Source: a virus
Taxonomy: Duplodnaviria; Caudoviricetes
Length of the DNA: 53,697 bases
IMG/VR virus record: IMGVR_UViG_3300044626_001013
Coordinates: 1 to 53,697 of that record
Direction: 5' to 3' (one strand)
Position 1 is the first letter of the stretch. Each line of letters starts with the position of its first letter. The notes below the pieces were generated by a model. That model had not been told where the DNA came from and searched no databases. It saw only the letters and a list, made by a program, of their open reading frames with translations. Of this stretch, positions 15,910 through 30,900 are shown piece after piece. A program made the translations under genes and the position numbers.

Positions 15910-18900
15910 TTACTCCTGCTGCATGTACTTGCGGAGATAGCGCATCCACGGCAACAACGGATTGCCCATGAGCCCGCTGATGGCCTCCGCCATTTGCCAC
16001 AAGCCCTCGCGGTACATCACCTCGTCGCGGTACTCGCCGCGATTGCGGCCACTGGTGTACCGGCCTTGCGCCTCGAACGACTTGGCAAAGCGGATCGCGC
16101 CTTCCGTCGCGTCCGCCACCTTGCTGGAGACGGGCGTCTCAAACACCGAGTTGACTTGGACCGGCTGCTTGGTCGCCACCCGATACCCGGCACGCGTCAG
16201 GTCGTAGATGACGTCGCCAAAGTACAGGCTGCCCAGATTGCTGCGGACAAACTGGGAGCCCACTTCGCCCATCAACGCCTCGCGAGCCTCGTCGTCGTCG
16301 AACAACGCGCTCAGCCCGTACTTGGTCAACGTGCCGATCAGCGCGCCAATCATGGCACCCCACAGGTTGGACGCAGCAATACCCACGATGGCTCGGCCCA
16401 TCTTCTTGCCCGCCACCTTGCCGCCCTGGTCCTCAAACGCGGCTGCAATCAGGTTGTAGTTCTTGTTGGCGTCCGACGTGAACAGCATTGACAGGCTCAA
16501 CCAGTTGCCGCGGTTGCGTTCCGCCCAGCCGCTCATGTCCAGCACGCTGCTGGTGTTGTTCACGCGCCGAATCGCCATCTGCGCTTCCCACGCGGCGTAC
16601 CGGAGCAACGCCTGTCCGGTCAACCCCTTGGCCCTGCCCATCGACAGCGCCGCACCAATCGCGACCCGCGACGAGATGCCGTCAAACCAGTTCATCACTT
16701 CGATGCGATCCGTCGCGCTGCCCCACGCCGCGCGCGACCGCTCGGTCACGAACACGCCGCCCTCCATGATGCGCTTGATCGCGTCGGCGGTGTTGACCTG
16801 CCCCAACGAAGGCGAACGCTTGTAGTCGCTGGGCGACATGCGGCGATAGACGGCGTCCTCGATGCGGTTGCGGAAGTAGGCGTCGTTCTTCAAGAGGTCC
16901 GTCACCACGGGGTCCATCATGTTTTCGATGCCCGCCGCGATGTGTTCCGCGTCCATCACCGCGTACAACTTCGGCACCGAGCCAAACTGCTTCATCCACG
17001 TGCCGGGGTTCAGCGTCAACTCCGCCTTGGCGATCTTTCGGCCCAACGACACGGCCACCTTGTCGAGCCGCGACTTGGGCTCGCTGAACAGCAGTTTGCC
17101 CGCCTCGATCATGCGGTCGAGCCGTTCGTTGATGTCCGAACCAAACTTGCGTTCGATCTCCGCCAGGATGCGGCGGTCCTTGAACACCGCCTCCATGGCC
17201 CGAACGCGGTCCGTCATGTGGACCATGATGGCCGACGCGTGGGTGTACTGGTTGTATTCGTCGAAGAAGTCCTTGATGAGATAGGGCGATGTCGCCCGCT
17301 CGTCGGTCGGCTGGAGGAAGCCCAGGTTCTCCAACGCCCGCCGCACGTACTGCGGTCCCGCACCGATCAGGTTCTCGATGGGCTGCTGGTCGCGGTTGAC
17401 GTGCGTGGGGAAGTACAGCGGTTCCAACTTGAGGTACCGGCCGGTCGCGCTGTAGTACGCCTTGTTGAGCGCGTCCGCCGTGCCTGACATGAACTTCATG
17501 CCGCCATGGACGACCGACACCAAGCCCATCTTGTCCAAGGCGTCGCTGATGGCGTCAGCGTCGGCTGCGGTCAGCGTCACCGGCGTCATGTGCGTGTCGC
17601 GACCGAAGGTGATCGGACGGCCTTCCTCAAGGATCTTGCGGCCGCTGCTCTCTCTCGCCAGCGTGGCCAGCACCGCCATCCACTCGCCGGGGCTCGCGGT
17701 GACCTGGCCCGCGTCGGGCAGGTTGAGCGTCATCTGCTGAGCGTCCGGGCCCGCCGACGTGTAGGACAGCCGGTGCAACTTCTCCGAGCCCCACTCAAAG
17801 CCCGCCGCCGCCAGCAGCCGCTTCATCTCGTCCGTCGCCGCGTACGTGTCGGCCATGGCGTCCGTCTCGCCCCGCCACAACTCCTCGACCAGCAGTTTCC
17901 GGGCGAGGGGGTTGCGAAGCATGGCGGCGATGGTGTCGGGCGTGGCGTTGGCGATGTGGTATCGGCCAAGCAACGACGTCCGTGTGGCGGCGGGGAGCCC
18001 CAGCGGCCTCGCCAAGTCCGGCCGCAGGGCCAACGACTTCAGCACCGACTCGACCACGGTTTCGCGGGCCAGCACCTTGCCCTCGACCCGGATCTGCTCC
18101 TTCTCCGCCGCGTCCTTCCGCAAGAACAGCAGTTCCGCATGGGCCTGCTCCACCCGGTCCTGCAAAGCCAGCAGGTCGTCCACGCTCATCCGCTTGGTGG
18201 CCGTGCCGACGGAGCCCGTGCCGCCCGCCATGGTGGTCAACTTGGCTGGCTGCGGCTGCTTGGCGACCTTGTTCGTCTCCTTCAGCCTGCGGGCCGCGTC
18301 CATCAGGGTCTGCACCGCCGCGTCGTAGGCAGCCTTGGCCGCCTTGTCGCCGCGGATCCGCTCGACCCACTTGCCCTTGGCCGTTTGCAAGCCCATCCGC
18401 GTGGCTTCCTTGGCGTTGTGGAACGTCAGGTCGTGCTGGATGGCCACTAGGGCGTCGTTGAGCCGCCCCGGGTTGGTGGCGTCGCGGACCATGGTGATGT
18501 AGTCGCCCCGCAGGGTTCGGGGCATGTACTTGCGAATCACGTCCGTCAGTTCCCGCCGGATCTCACGCTCCAGCCGGCGACGCGCCCGGGTCCGCTGCTG
18601 CTCGACCGTCAGGTCGGTCCGCGCCGTCCAGACCTTGTCCTTGAGCCGGTCAAACCGCCGCTGCCACCGCCGCTGGAGCGAGGCCACCTTGGCCGTCGCC
18701 TCCGCCCGGGCCGCCTGCCTTGCCTGACGCATGGCCGCCACGACCGTCCGGGCGGCCGTCGACGCCATCTTCCGGCCCAGCCGCTCCTGCGCCCGGTACG
18801 ACGCCTTCGCGGCGTCCGACGCCGACACCATGCCCTCGGCCGGGCTCATGCCCTCGCGGATGGCCCCCGCTCGAGCATCGGCCTGCTGCCGCCTTGCCGC

Positions 18901-21900
18901 GGCCGACGTCTGCAAGTCGCTGACCGCTTGCCGGTACGCCTCCTCGACCCGCTCGCCCATCACGGTCTTGTACTCGGGCGTGCCGGGCGCCGGATCCGCC
19001 GGGTTGGGCTTGCCAAGGGCCCCCACGTCCCGCAGGAATCCACGCGCCACCCGGTTGACCGCGTCCCGCTGCTGCCGCAGCACGGGCCTAGTGCCGATGG
19101 CCTCGTCCACGAACTGGTAGATGCTCTTGCGGCCCACCTTCTTGCCCGCCGCCTTCTTGGCGACCGCCTTGACGGCCACCTCCAGCCCCGCCGCCAGCAA
19201 CGACTGCTTCATCACCGCTGCCGCCGCGGGCACGTTGACCGGCCGGTCGGGGGCCGCGGGCCGCCTCAGCAGACGGTCACGGGTCGCGTCTGGGGACTCC
19301 TCCTTGCCCTTGGCCGACTCGGGCTTGTACTCGTCGGCGGCCTTGCGGTACGACCGCTCCAGCCCTTGCAGCCGCTCCATCTCGCGGATCCGCGACTCGC
19401 GACTAGTGCCAACCGACGCGTCCGCCTCCGCCCGCCTGGCCCCCCGCAGCGCGACGTCCGCGGCGTTGGTCACGTGGGCAAACGCGACCTCGCGGAACGC
19501 CTGCTCGACGTCGTTGCCGGTCGGGTTGGCGACCTTCTCCAGCCGCGCCGCCACCCGGCGGGCCAGCACGCTCGCCGGCTGGACGCGGGCCCCATCGACC
19601 CCCTTCAGCACCTTCTCCGCCGCCGCCTTGGCCTCGGTGGGCTTGAGCGTGCCGCTCTTGACCATGTCGGCCACAACCAGACGTGCCGCCTCCACGTCTG
19701 CGATCACCGGCATAGATGCCTCGGCGGCGGGCACCTTAGCCTTCGCAGCCGCCTGATCGGCCCACTGCGCCGGAGTTCCCGCGATGGAGAACAACACCTG
19801 CCCCTCGCCCATCACGCTCTCGCGCATGGCGTCGGTGATCGGGAGGACGTGGGCGTCGACTTCGTATTCACCGCGTTCTGCCACCCGGCGCTCGGCTTCC
19901 GCCTGATCTCGCTTGAATCGAGTTATCGCATCTTCCGCGACCGCCCTTTCGACGCCAAGGTTGACCCAGTAGTCAACGGCCTCGCTTTCCTCCAACGGTT
20001 CTCCGTGCTGGATGTCAGCCAACGGGTTGGCAATGGCCGTTCCCCTGACTGTCATGTAACTCACCCCGTCATCGGTGAACTGCTGCATGAGCGGATCAGG
20101 CACGCGATCCTTTGTCAGAACCTGACCGTCCTGAACCTTCGCCCCCCACTTCTTGCCGTACTTGTCGGCGTAGCGGACCAACTGGCGGTCGTAGAACTCG
20201 CGCATGCCCTCGCCGCCGACTTTGAGATCGTCGCCATACGCGCTTTTGTACGTGTCAACTTCCTGCGCCGCAAGGATGCGTCTCGCCGTTTCTCGCCCCA
20301 CGTATTGCTCCAAGTTGGCGGCGGTTACGTTGTCGGCAACTTTGCGCTGTTTTGTTTCTCGGCCACTTCGCTTGTCTACCCACAACTCCGACGTTGATGG
20401 TTGCCAGTGAACCGCATCGACCTCCTTTGACAGGTCAAACCGCGCCGCCTGCTGCTCGCCCGTCGTCCACGCGAGCGCGTCGTACCCACCCTCCGCCGCC
20501 ATGCGAAGCACGCGGCGGAACGCCATTTCGTGCCAGTTCTTTGAGAAGGGGGCGGCTGGGACTTGTTCAGGCTTTCTGAGGTCTTGCTTGATCCTGTCCC
20601 GATTGATGATCGCTCGGCGATGTGCCTCTACAAGCCGATCCCACGTCCCATCATCCTCTCCGGGCTTCATTCCGGGATTAGACTTCGCGTACGCCTCTTT
20701 GTTGGCGAAACGATCAGCCACCTCCTTGTCGGCGGCTTCTAGTTCCGCCCTCAGTTTCGCGAAAACAGCAGGGTCTGCATACCCCCGATCCCTCCCCGCC
20801 TGGTGCCAATCGCTCTGGATCTCCTCGATGTGCAGAACCCTTCGCCCGTCCGGCGTGGTGCGGTCCTTGAGGCGCATGTGCGCGATGATGTTGGGCTCGG
20901 GGAAGTGGGACGACTGGTAATCCTGCTCAAACGTTGCATTTGCCGCCCTTTGGGCTTCGGCGTCTGACATTCCTGCGGCCTTGAAATCCTGATAACTCTT
21001 TGCTTTTTTGGGCAAAGTCAACAGCACTTCGCGGTAGTCGGTGCCGCCGGGGAGGGTGTACCGCTCGAACTGGGTGCGGTTGCGCATCCATGACTCATCG
21101 GTTTCGTCACGGATGCGACGTTGCTCCTGCGATGCCGTGATGTATTCTCGCGCCGCCTCCACAAGCCGCGGCTTGGCCAACGCATCTACGAGGCGATTGC
21201 GCAGCGTCTTGCCGTTCGGGCCATACGGACTGACAAACGAGGCTGACTCTGAACGCAGGAACGCCGCCAACCTGTCCGTTGATTCGATTTGGCGTGCGGC
21301 ATCGTCCCCGTTGAGTGCTTTCAGCAGGCGCAGGCTGCTCCATGCGACCTCCTTGAACTTGCCAACGAAAGTTTCGTTGATGTCGGACGTTCCCTCCTTT
21401 ACCAGTTCATTGAAGGCGGCTTTCAACGTCTGTTGTGCCGCATCTGCTCTCTGCGTTGCTTCGGCCATTCTCTTGTCGTCGTTGCTTCCTCCCTTGACCA
21501 CCTCCGACAACTCCACTCGAGACTGTGCCGCAATCGCGAGGATCTCGGGCAGCGTCAACTTCCGGTCGGTGGCCAGTGCGTCATCCCAGCCCGACCACTT
21601 CATCTCATCGGCGGTCACGCCGTTGTTCAGAAGCATCTTGCGAAGGTCGGCCGCCTGCATGGCCCCCTTCACCTTCTCCTGAATCAGACGCTCCGCCTTT
21701 CGCTCGAACCCGAGGGTGTCGCGGTACACCTTGCCGCTGACGCTGAATCGGATGTCGGGGTTGGCCGGGTCAAACGTGCCGACGTTGCCCGTGGCTCCCT
21801 CGATGGGCTTTCCGTCAATGCGGGATCTCAGTTGACCTTGCACCGCCGACTTTGCCTGCGACGGCGCAAACCATGCGTACACCGTCGTCGGCCTTGCCGC

Positions 21901-24900
21901 TTTGCGTCCCTTGTTCTCGTAGTAATCCACGCTGTTCTTGATGATGATTCCATCGTGACCAGCGTCTTTGGCTTCCTGTACGTGACGTTCCGTGTCTCGC
22001 CAGTGTTTGCCTTGGGCGTCCACCACCATCGGATTCTGGATCGACAGGTACAGGGGGATGGTCTGGGGTTCCGCGTTCTGGTAGTCCATCGCACGACGCT
22101 CGTTCGCGTACGAGTCCGCGACGTCGGTATCAGCGGCGGCAAACCACACGTTGCCGCGCGAACGTGCCTTGAATCCCTCGGCAAAGATCCCCCGCACGTC
22201 TGGACTTCCGTGCTTCACAATCAGCGGATTGCCCGCGCCGTCCACAACCTTGCTGTCCTTGAACCACGACTTGAACTGTGGCGTGTCGACCTGAGGATTT
22301 CTGCTGTCGCCCTTCCGCCGACCGGTCATAGCCTCGTACAGATCCTGGCCCTTCTCCGCCTTGTAGTGAAACAGCGGCTTGTTGCCAGGCTTCAGGTAGG
22401 CACTATCGCCAATGTACTCCAGCGTCCCGCTTGCAAAGACGTACACGTCCCCACCCATCAACTGCTTGGCCCACGTCCAAGCCTTCCTGTCCATCGCTCC
22501 AACGCTGTCCACCATGCCAGAACGCAATCCGTCGCGCATGATCGACGCCACGCGCTCATCGCTTCCCGGCCTGACGTCTTGATGGATAGCCAAGGAATCC
22601 TTGACGGCGTCGAAGTCCGCTCGCGTCCACGTCGACGGATCCGCCTTGATGATTCGCACTCGGTTTGCAATGGATTCCGTGGTGCCAATGCCAGGCAGGC
22701 CCAACGCCTTGGCTTCCGCCACGACTTCTTTGCGTGACGGCACGGGCTTGCCGGACGGACTGAACGACGGGCTTACCAGCGGTCCCTTGTGCTTGGTCCC
22801 GATGTTTTTCGCGACCTCTTGCACTGCACCGCGTGGATACAAGTCGGTTGCGGTTGCCGGATCATCCAACACAGCGGTTTCGACATGTCCCCACGGCAGC
22901 CACTTGCCGTTGCGATACACAAACTGCGACACACGCCACGGCTTGCCGCCAGGATATGTGTTGCGAGAAATGATGTACCTAAACTGATTCTTCTCGACAA
23001 CGCCACCGTCATGCGTGATGTGTCGACGCACCTCCTGCACAACCTGCGTCAGCCGATTCCTTGTGGCGTACATCTGCGACAGCATGCGCCACATGCCCTC
23101 CTTGGTTCCGAAGTATTCCCGCCTGTCCTCCTCCATGTCCTTGGACAGCGCCGCATCAGCCTCGGCTTGCTTCCGCTGAATCTCAGGGTCGTCAATCAGT
23201 TTGCTTTTGGACAACGCAAACTGGTCGGCCAAATCATCCGGTCGCGGAGCATTGGGATCGGGTGCTTCGTCCTCGTCCATTCGACGCAGCAGGTCTAGCA
23301 CAGCCTTGCGGAGCCCGGCTCCTTGGTTGCCCATGCCCATCCGCTCAAGGAACGCTGCCACCCACGCCTTAATGCGGGTCCACAGCCCCGGCTTTCGTCG
23401 GATGGCGTCCCGCACGGCTGGATCAGCCGCCATTGAACCAACGGCGTCAGCCAACCCCTCGTCCTGCTGCATGTCCGCCGACTCGTCAAACTGCTGCACG
23501 ACCGGATGATCGTCGCCAAACGTCGACGCCAACCGCCGCCCGTACAGCGTTGCAAACTTGGCAATGGTTTGCTCGCCCACTGCTCGCACCAGATCCGAAT
23601 ACAACTTCGGCTTCTGCGTGCGCAGGACGTGCAGGGCCTCATGCAAAGCCACACGGCCCACTTCCTCCCCCATGCCTGACCGCAGGTACACGCGCGTGTC
23701 GCCGCGCCCCAGGTACACTCCTTCCACTGCCCCATTATCGCCGTCGATGCTGACAAACACCGGCGTGATGCCCGATCGTCGCAGCAGGCTCGACAGTTCT
23801 TGCTCAAGGTCGCCAACCGGCTCGGCACGCATCACAACGATGTGAGGACCAAACGACCGCTGAAGCGCCGACTCAAGGTCCACGATGTCATCGTCGATGT
23901 GCAGCCGCTCGATCATGCCGCGGCGTCCGCCATCGACACTCAAGCCTCTCGCTCTCGACAACGACTGCAAGTCCGCAATCGACAGCGACGGGTAGTCTGG
24001 CCTCTGCTTCTTCCACTTCTTGACCAGTGCCTTCTCTTTCTTGTCAATCTCTTTGCGTCGTGCCGCCTCAAACTCGCCCCGCGGATCCAGTCCTGGTTCA
24101 CTTGACACGTAGACAATGCCGTTCTTGACCTGAGCCAACGCATCTGCATCAACATACATCCGGTCACCTTCCGATCCGCCCGGAAGGCTACCAAACCGGA
24201 AGGTCTGGCTACCAGAAGTCCACTGCCACATTCCGTTGGAAAACACCAAATGCGGGTCGTCTCCAAACTCTCGGACAAGTTTGGCAAAGCGAGTGAACAT
24301 CCCCAGATCGCCCGGCAACCCGTAGCGAAGGGTGTTGCCAATGCGAACCCACGTGTTGTCCTCCAACCCCTTGACCAACTCTCGGATTCTCTCGTCGTTT
24401 GTCTCCGCGCGAAGCACCAGTTTGGCGCGTCCCGCCTTCACCGCACGGTCCAGCAACGCGTTGCGGTCGATGCCCATGACAATCGACGGCGGTTCCTCGG
24501 CTTGGTTCGTTGTGATTTCCGAAAGTGCTGGCACCCCTGGCTTCCACCCGGCAGGCAACACCTCGCCTTTGCCGGGCTTATCAGGGTCGAAGGTTGCGGC
24601 CCACTTGGGCGGAGCGTCCGCATGCTTGCGCAACGCAGCAATGTGCCAGTTGCGGCTTTGCCCAGCCGTGGGAAACTTGGCTGCAAATGCGCCGTCGGTC
24701 ATCCGCTCAAACTCATCCGCCGCCTTCTTCGCCTCCCACCACTTCGTGGTCCCCAGTTGCCGCATGTATCGTGCGATGGCTGGAACCGTTGCCAGTTCGT
24801 TCTTCGACCTCTCCGCGGAACTGGCCAGTTTGCTGTCGTTCTCAATGTCGATCTGCTGCCTAAATGCTTTCTTCTCCTGCGCATGCAACCGATCAAGCGT

Positions 24901-27900
24901 GGCCGAGAGTTGCTGATACTCCACGTCTCCACGCAGTACATTGCGCATCACCTCACGCTCGGCTTCTGCTTCCAGTTTTTGCCGTTTGGGCTGGGTGCTG
25001 GCCTTGACGTTGGCCTTGGCCTCGCGGATAGCGACGGCAACGTCGGGCATAAATCGCAACTGGTCCTCGCGATACTTCATCCGCGTTTCAGTCGACGCAA
25101 ACAGATCGCGCAAACGCTTGGTCGCTGCCTTTGCTTCGCTTTCCTGCGCCTTGCGTGCCTCGGCACTCATTGCCGCGGAAGGGACGGCCGTCATCTCGAC
25201 GACCATGTCGCGAGGATGCACCGATGCGACCGGCTCGTTGGCCGCGACGACATTGGTCCTTGCTGCTACAGAACCCAGTTCTCCCTTGGCCGCTTTCCGA
25301 ACGTACTCGGTGTTGGCCAGTCCGAGCGATTCGGTGGGAAAAAGGGATTGGACAGCCACGATCGCGCCGTCCTTGCGGAACAGCAACACCGGCCTTGGTC
25401 CCATGCGGCCTATTGCAAACGACGTAGCCCCAGTCATGGACGATACGACTTGAACGATGTTTGCTTCCGCATATGCCAGGTCGTCGCCGTGGTCCAACAC
25501 TGCATATACACGATTCTCGTGTGGAGCCGGAATCACACCAAGAATCTTGGCGTCCTTTTTCCCATTGTTTGCAAGTTGGCCCCAAGCATTTGCCAACACA
25601 TCGTCCGCCACCGTGGTGTGGAGCCGTTCAAGCGTTTGCATTTTCTGGAGGCTTTGAGCATCCAATGCCGTTTTCAACATCAGCACGTGCGGTGAACCAA
25701 TCAACGGGCTGTCATTGGATGTGCCCAACTGTTCCGAACCAAACGCCCGCGCAAAGGTCGACCTGAGCGTTTTCATCGGCACGATCGTGCTGGCCCATTC
25801 CCGTTGCCGTTCATCCAGCAGGCGTTTCTCCTCCTCGGGGTTGGCCGGCGTGGGGTTGCTCGCTTTGTTCTGGACCGTTCCACCCTGAAGCGCGCCCTGA
25901 ATGTGGCGCTTGATACCGGCAAGTTCAAGCATCGACAACGCCTCTGCCGCCACGTTGGGATGCAGTGCCTCAAGCACGGATGCAAGCGGATTGACAAAAT
26001 GTCCCTCCGACTGATAGTTCAGTGTTTTGCTCTTGGCTTGAGTGGCAACCTCGAGCATGGCGATGGCCGCCACCACCTTGCCGTCCATTGTCGACTGCTC
26101 GGCAATATCAGCGTTCATCAGGTCAATGTGTTTCGCCAGCACCTCGCGATCCTCGGTACTCATGGAGTACCCCTTCAGTGCCTTCACGATGGTCTGTCGC
26201 GTGACTTCAGGATCGTCAGCAGAGGCGACCACGGTGGGCTGTGCTGGGATTGCACTCTGCTCCGCTGGCACCGCATCGGCCACCGGTGCCGGTGCCGTGG
26301 CCTCCGCAACGGTCGGCGCCGTCGGCTGCGACGCGTGAAGCGTACCGGCCAGTAGATCCCTCGCAAAATCCTGCGCCGCATACGGGTCATGGCGGTTGGC
26401 GCGCTTGTAGAGGCTTGCGAGAGGCGCCATGCGCGTAGCCATTCGAGCAGTGACGTCAGCAATCTTCACCCACTCGTCGCTGGAATCTTCCAGCACCACA
26501 CCCGCCCGTGGCAACGGATGATCGGCGTCTGGCTTCTGAAACACAATGTCGCCACGCTTCACGGACGCAAGCGTCGGGCCATTGGCCTTGCCAGACTGGT
26601 ACAGATCATCCACGTAGTCCTCCCATTGGGACTTCGTGACTTCGTTGGCCTGATACGCCTCCCATGCCCGGCCTGCGGATTCTGCCTCTTGAAGGCGGAT
26701 GCCCGGCACCACGCTAGTGCCCAGTTGTTGCAAGCGTTGGGCTTCTGCTGCTGAAGCGTTGTACTCCGCCTGCTGCCGCTGATACTCGGCTGCTTCGGCA
26801 GTTGCCTCGTCATTCTGCGTCGGCTCCGCAACAGCCTCGGACACGTCGTCCGGCGATCCTGGCTTGTCAATGACGACCAGTTGGGTGTTGACGTCCGTCG
26901 TCGGCATGCCGGTGCGGTCGCGACTGAACGTGTCGGTTGGCAGAGGCTCGTTGGTGCCGCCAACTGATTCCAGCCAGTCTCGAAACGCCTTGGCCTTTGC
27001 GTCGGACCTTGCAAACGTCCCCGACGACATGACCGCCACAAGGCGTCCACCGGGGGCCAGCATGTCGTACGCCCGGCGCACGTGCAGCCCGTCAGTACCC
27101 TCCGTACCCGTCCCGAAAGGTGGGTTCATCACGATGCGGTCGTACTTCTCGCTCGGGGTGAACTCCTCAAAGTCGTTGCCGACCATCGTGTAGTTCTTGG
27201 CCGCCAGAATCTCCCTCAACGACGGCGACATCTCGACCACGTGAGGTTCGACGCCGGCGGCCCGGATTGCATCGGCAATGCGTCCATTGCCTGCTGATGG
27301 CTCCAGCACCCGCATCCCCGGCTCAATGCTGGCGTTGCTGACCATTCGTTCCGCCAGGTCGACCGGCGTCGGGAAGAAGTCCTTTCCGACCTGTCTGCCG
27401 ACCAACGCGCGTTCCATCTCGCGTACCTTGTCGGCCTCTGGCGGCCTGGCCCGAAGGGCTTTGTACTCGCGGAGGGCGGTACGCAAGGCTGCATCGCTCT
27501 TGAGCCCCATTTCGACCAGCCGCTGGTGCTGCATCACGCGCTCATGGATGTACTCGCCTGCGTACTTGAAGCGTCCGGATGCACGCTTGGCCGCCGTCGC
27601 AAGGTTTCGCAACGTCAGAATGTCGGCATCCGACGACACGACTAGGCGGTCTGACTCCTGCCCCTTACGCGCTGCAAGCAGTTTCGCGACGCGTGCCGCG
27701 TCACGCTTCAGGCCCGGAGTCTGATTGCCGTACGTCACAAGGTCTTGCAGTTCCGACCGATGCAACTCCGGCATCCGAAGTTTGGCCTTGTCAATGATCT
27801 CGTCCGTCACCGGCAACTCAGTCCAATCCCCGTTGTAGTCGCGACGGACACGATCGCGGCCTGCGTCATCCAGGCTCTCGTAGTAGTCCCGCTTGGCCAA

Positions 27901-30900
27901 CATCAACACGCGGTTCAGTTCACGAATCTGAGCGGCATTGCGGACACCGCTCAGCGACGGCGCAATGCCTTCGCGAATGGCAAACGCGACATTCTCCAAC
28001 GTCTTGGCCATCGCCAAGTCGCGGCGTGCGTCCTGCTCGGCCGCCGCCGCCATTCGTGCGCGGCGGGCGGTGTTGGATAGGCGATCTTGTCCCAACGACT
28101 CCTCCGCCGACTCCGTCATGCGCTCCGCCTGCTCCGACAGGCGCTCCGAAGCACGCTCCTGCGCATCGGTTTCACGTGCCTCGTCGGCTGCCTTCGTCGT
28201 GATCGCCTGCTGGTTGACCTTGATGAACTCGTCCGCGGCCTCTTTGGTCTTGAACTGGAATCCCGACTGATCCTTGCGGAACGAACTCCACCATCCGCCC
28301 AACCTCTTGGCGGCGTTCTTGAGGTTTGCAAACGTCTCATGCGGCACGCGCCCTCCCGTCAGTTGCACGATGTGCAGCGTGTACTTGTCCTTGTCGTGGA
28401 ATCCTTCCTTGTACGACAAGGTGACATCGCCGGTATCGACCTGCTCGATACGGGTGGTCTGACGCGCATTGTCCAGTTTCCGATCTGCCTCGGCCACCAA
28501 CGCCTCGTACGTCCGCCTCTGTTCAGGCGTGAGAGCCTTTGACCCCTTGGCCAACATCAGCGTGTTAAAGTCCGCTAGGGTCTGCGGATTTGCAATGGCC
28601 TCCTCACGCTTTCGCCTTGCGGCCTGCACCGCTTCCCGATGCTCTTGTAGTTCCTGCTCGGTGGTGTTTCGCACTGTGCGAATCACCGCGGCCTGATACT
28701 TCTCCTTGAACGGGTCGTACTGGATGCCGCTGCGGATGTTGAACGCCAACAGCATGCGGTTGATCGCCTTTTCAACCATCTCTGCCTTGGATGTCCCTGA
28801 TCGCACCATCGGGCCAACCATCGGAGACAGTTGCTTGATGGTCAGTTTGTTCAACTCCGTTTGCAGCGACTGAAGCGAACCCAGCAACCGCTCAAACTTG
28901 ACCAGCCGCTCGGCAACCGTTCCCTCAAGGTTGACAATGCCATCGACTTCGCCGTCCCATTCCTTGAGCGTGTACGGCTTGGAGGCCGTATCCGTAGGAC
29001 GCAGTTCCGGAGGTCCGCCAGCGGCGTCGGTCGCTTCCTTCAGCGTATCGAACGTGCCCAGGGACTGGATACCCGGACCCACGCGGCGTCGCAGTTCGTA
29101 CTTGCCATCCGCCTCCATCACTTCCATGCTGTTGGACAGCGTGTGCGTGACTGCGGTCGTGCCGTCGTCAAACTCGACCTGCTCACGCTGCGTAGCCCAC
29201 ACACCGATATCCGGCGCCCGCTGCGCCATCTCCATGGCGTCTCGCAACGAGTCGAAATGGCCCATGACGGTGGCCCCACCCGTCAGGCTAAACCGGCCAT
29301 CAGAGTGTTTGCTGATCGTGTAGCCGTTCTTTGACAGCCGATACGTGTTCACTGGGGTGCCGTCATCCAGCGTCGATGCGCTGTAGCCAACAACGTAAAC
29401 CTCGTTGTACCCCTCGAGTGGAGCGTCTGCGGTGTCGCCGCCCGTCCGCTTGGACCGCCCCGATTCCGAAAGCCAGAACTCCTCGTCGCTTTCCAAACGC
29501 TTGTTGTCGAGGCTCGCCAACGACTCACGCGTCTGTTGCAGCGTCGCATCAGTCAACCGTGCATCCGCCTGCTTTGCCGCTTCCAGTGTCGGATACACCT
29601 CGCCATACGTCACGCCGTCTTTGGCACGCCTGACATAGCCAATCACACGCCGTTCGTCGGTTGGCCTGACTCCCGCGGGCATGTCCAGCCGATACCACTT
29701 GCCATCAGATCCCTTTGTCTCCGTCGCCTGCACCCACGTGTCTTGTTTTTGCTTCTCGTATTCATTGATCATCGCCACGATGCGGTCAATCTGCGCTGCT
29801 CGAGCGGGCGTCTCATTCGGACGCGCGTCGGGGTAGTCCTGCGACACACGGTACGAAATCTCTCCACCGCTCGCGACGTGCTTGGTGACAGCGTCGGCGT
29901 GAACCTTCTCGTAGTCCGACATCGCATCGTCGGTGATGCCCGGCTTGCTTTCAACAGGCAGGCCCTCGGCCTGGCGTTTGGCCACGTTCATCGCGATCCA
30001 CTCATCGCGGGTGACCTTGTAGATTTCGTGCCCCTCGTTGAGGAACTGATCCAACGTCATCGGACCAATCTGCGTGTCTGTGGGCGGCACGTCAACGGCC
30101 GCATTGCGGGGCTGCTCAACTGCGGCAGGCGCCTTTGTGCCACGGTCCCGAATCTCAATGGGAGCCGGCGACGCTGGCGTCGCGGCTTGTTCTGGTAAGC
30201 CTTGGCGAGCGGGTTGCGCCATAGACGCTCTGGCGGCGTCACGGCGGTCGCGCCTCTCCTGCGTGGGAAAACTGCCATACCTCTTGACAATCTCAATGGT
30301 CACCGCAGTGGCCGCATCGCGGTACTCGTCGGCATAGAAGTACGTGCGGACGCCCGGCACCGCAATATCCAGTTTGCTTGCGTGCGTCCTAATAGTGGCC
30401 AATGCTGACTCAAACTTTTTCTTGTTGATATCACGCGACTCAATCACGTCGCGAGCCTTGAAAATCTGCGTGATGCTGTGCTGGATCGCCTTGCTAGGCA
30501 GCGGCGGATCCTCGTTGTCATTCAGCACCTTGGTGGGCTTCGGACTGGCCGCGGTCGGCGTCGGCACGTTGGGCGTGCTGGCCGGAGCCTGTTGCTGGAC
30601 TGCTGGCTGTGTGGCTGTGTCTGCCTTGCGAGCCAACGCCTGCTTGACCTTCGCGGGTGAAAGATCCAAATAACTCCGTTTTGTCAAGGCCGCCACCATG
30701 GCAACGGGTACATCGCCCTTCCACAACACCATGCCAGGGTCACGATCATTGGGATTCGCCGACGCAACGCGTATTTGTGTAGCCCCGGTTGCCCGCATGA
30801 CCGCGTCAAGCAAGTTGGCGTTCACTTGATACACGGTCTTGCCGCCCGCGTCCAGCAGCATGATGTCGTACCCAAGTGCAGGCACCGTTCCCAGCGGCAC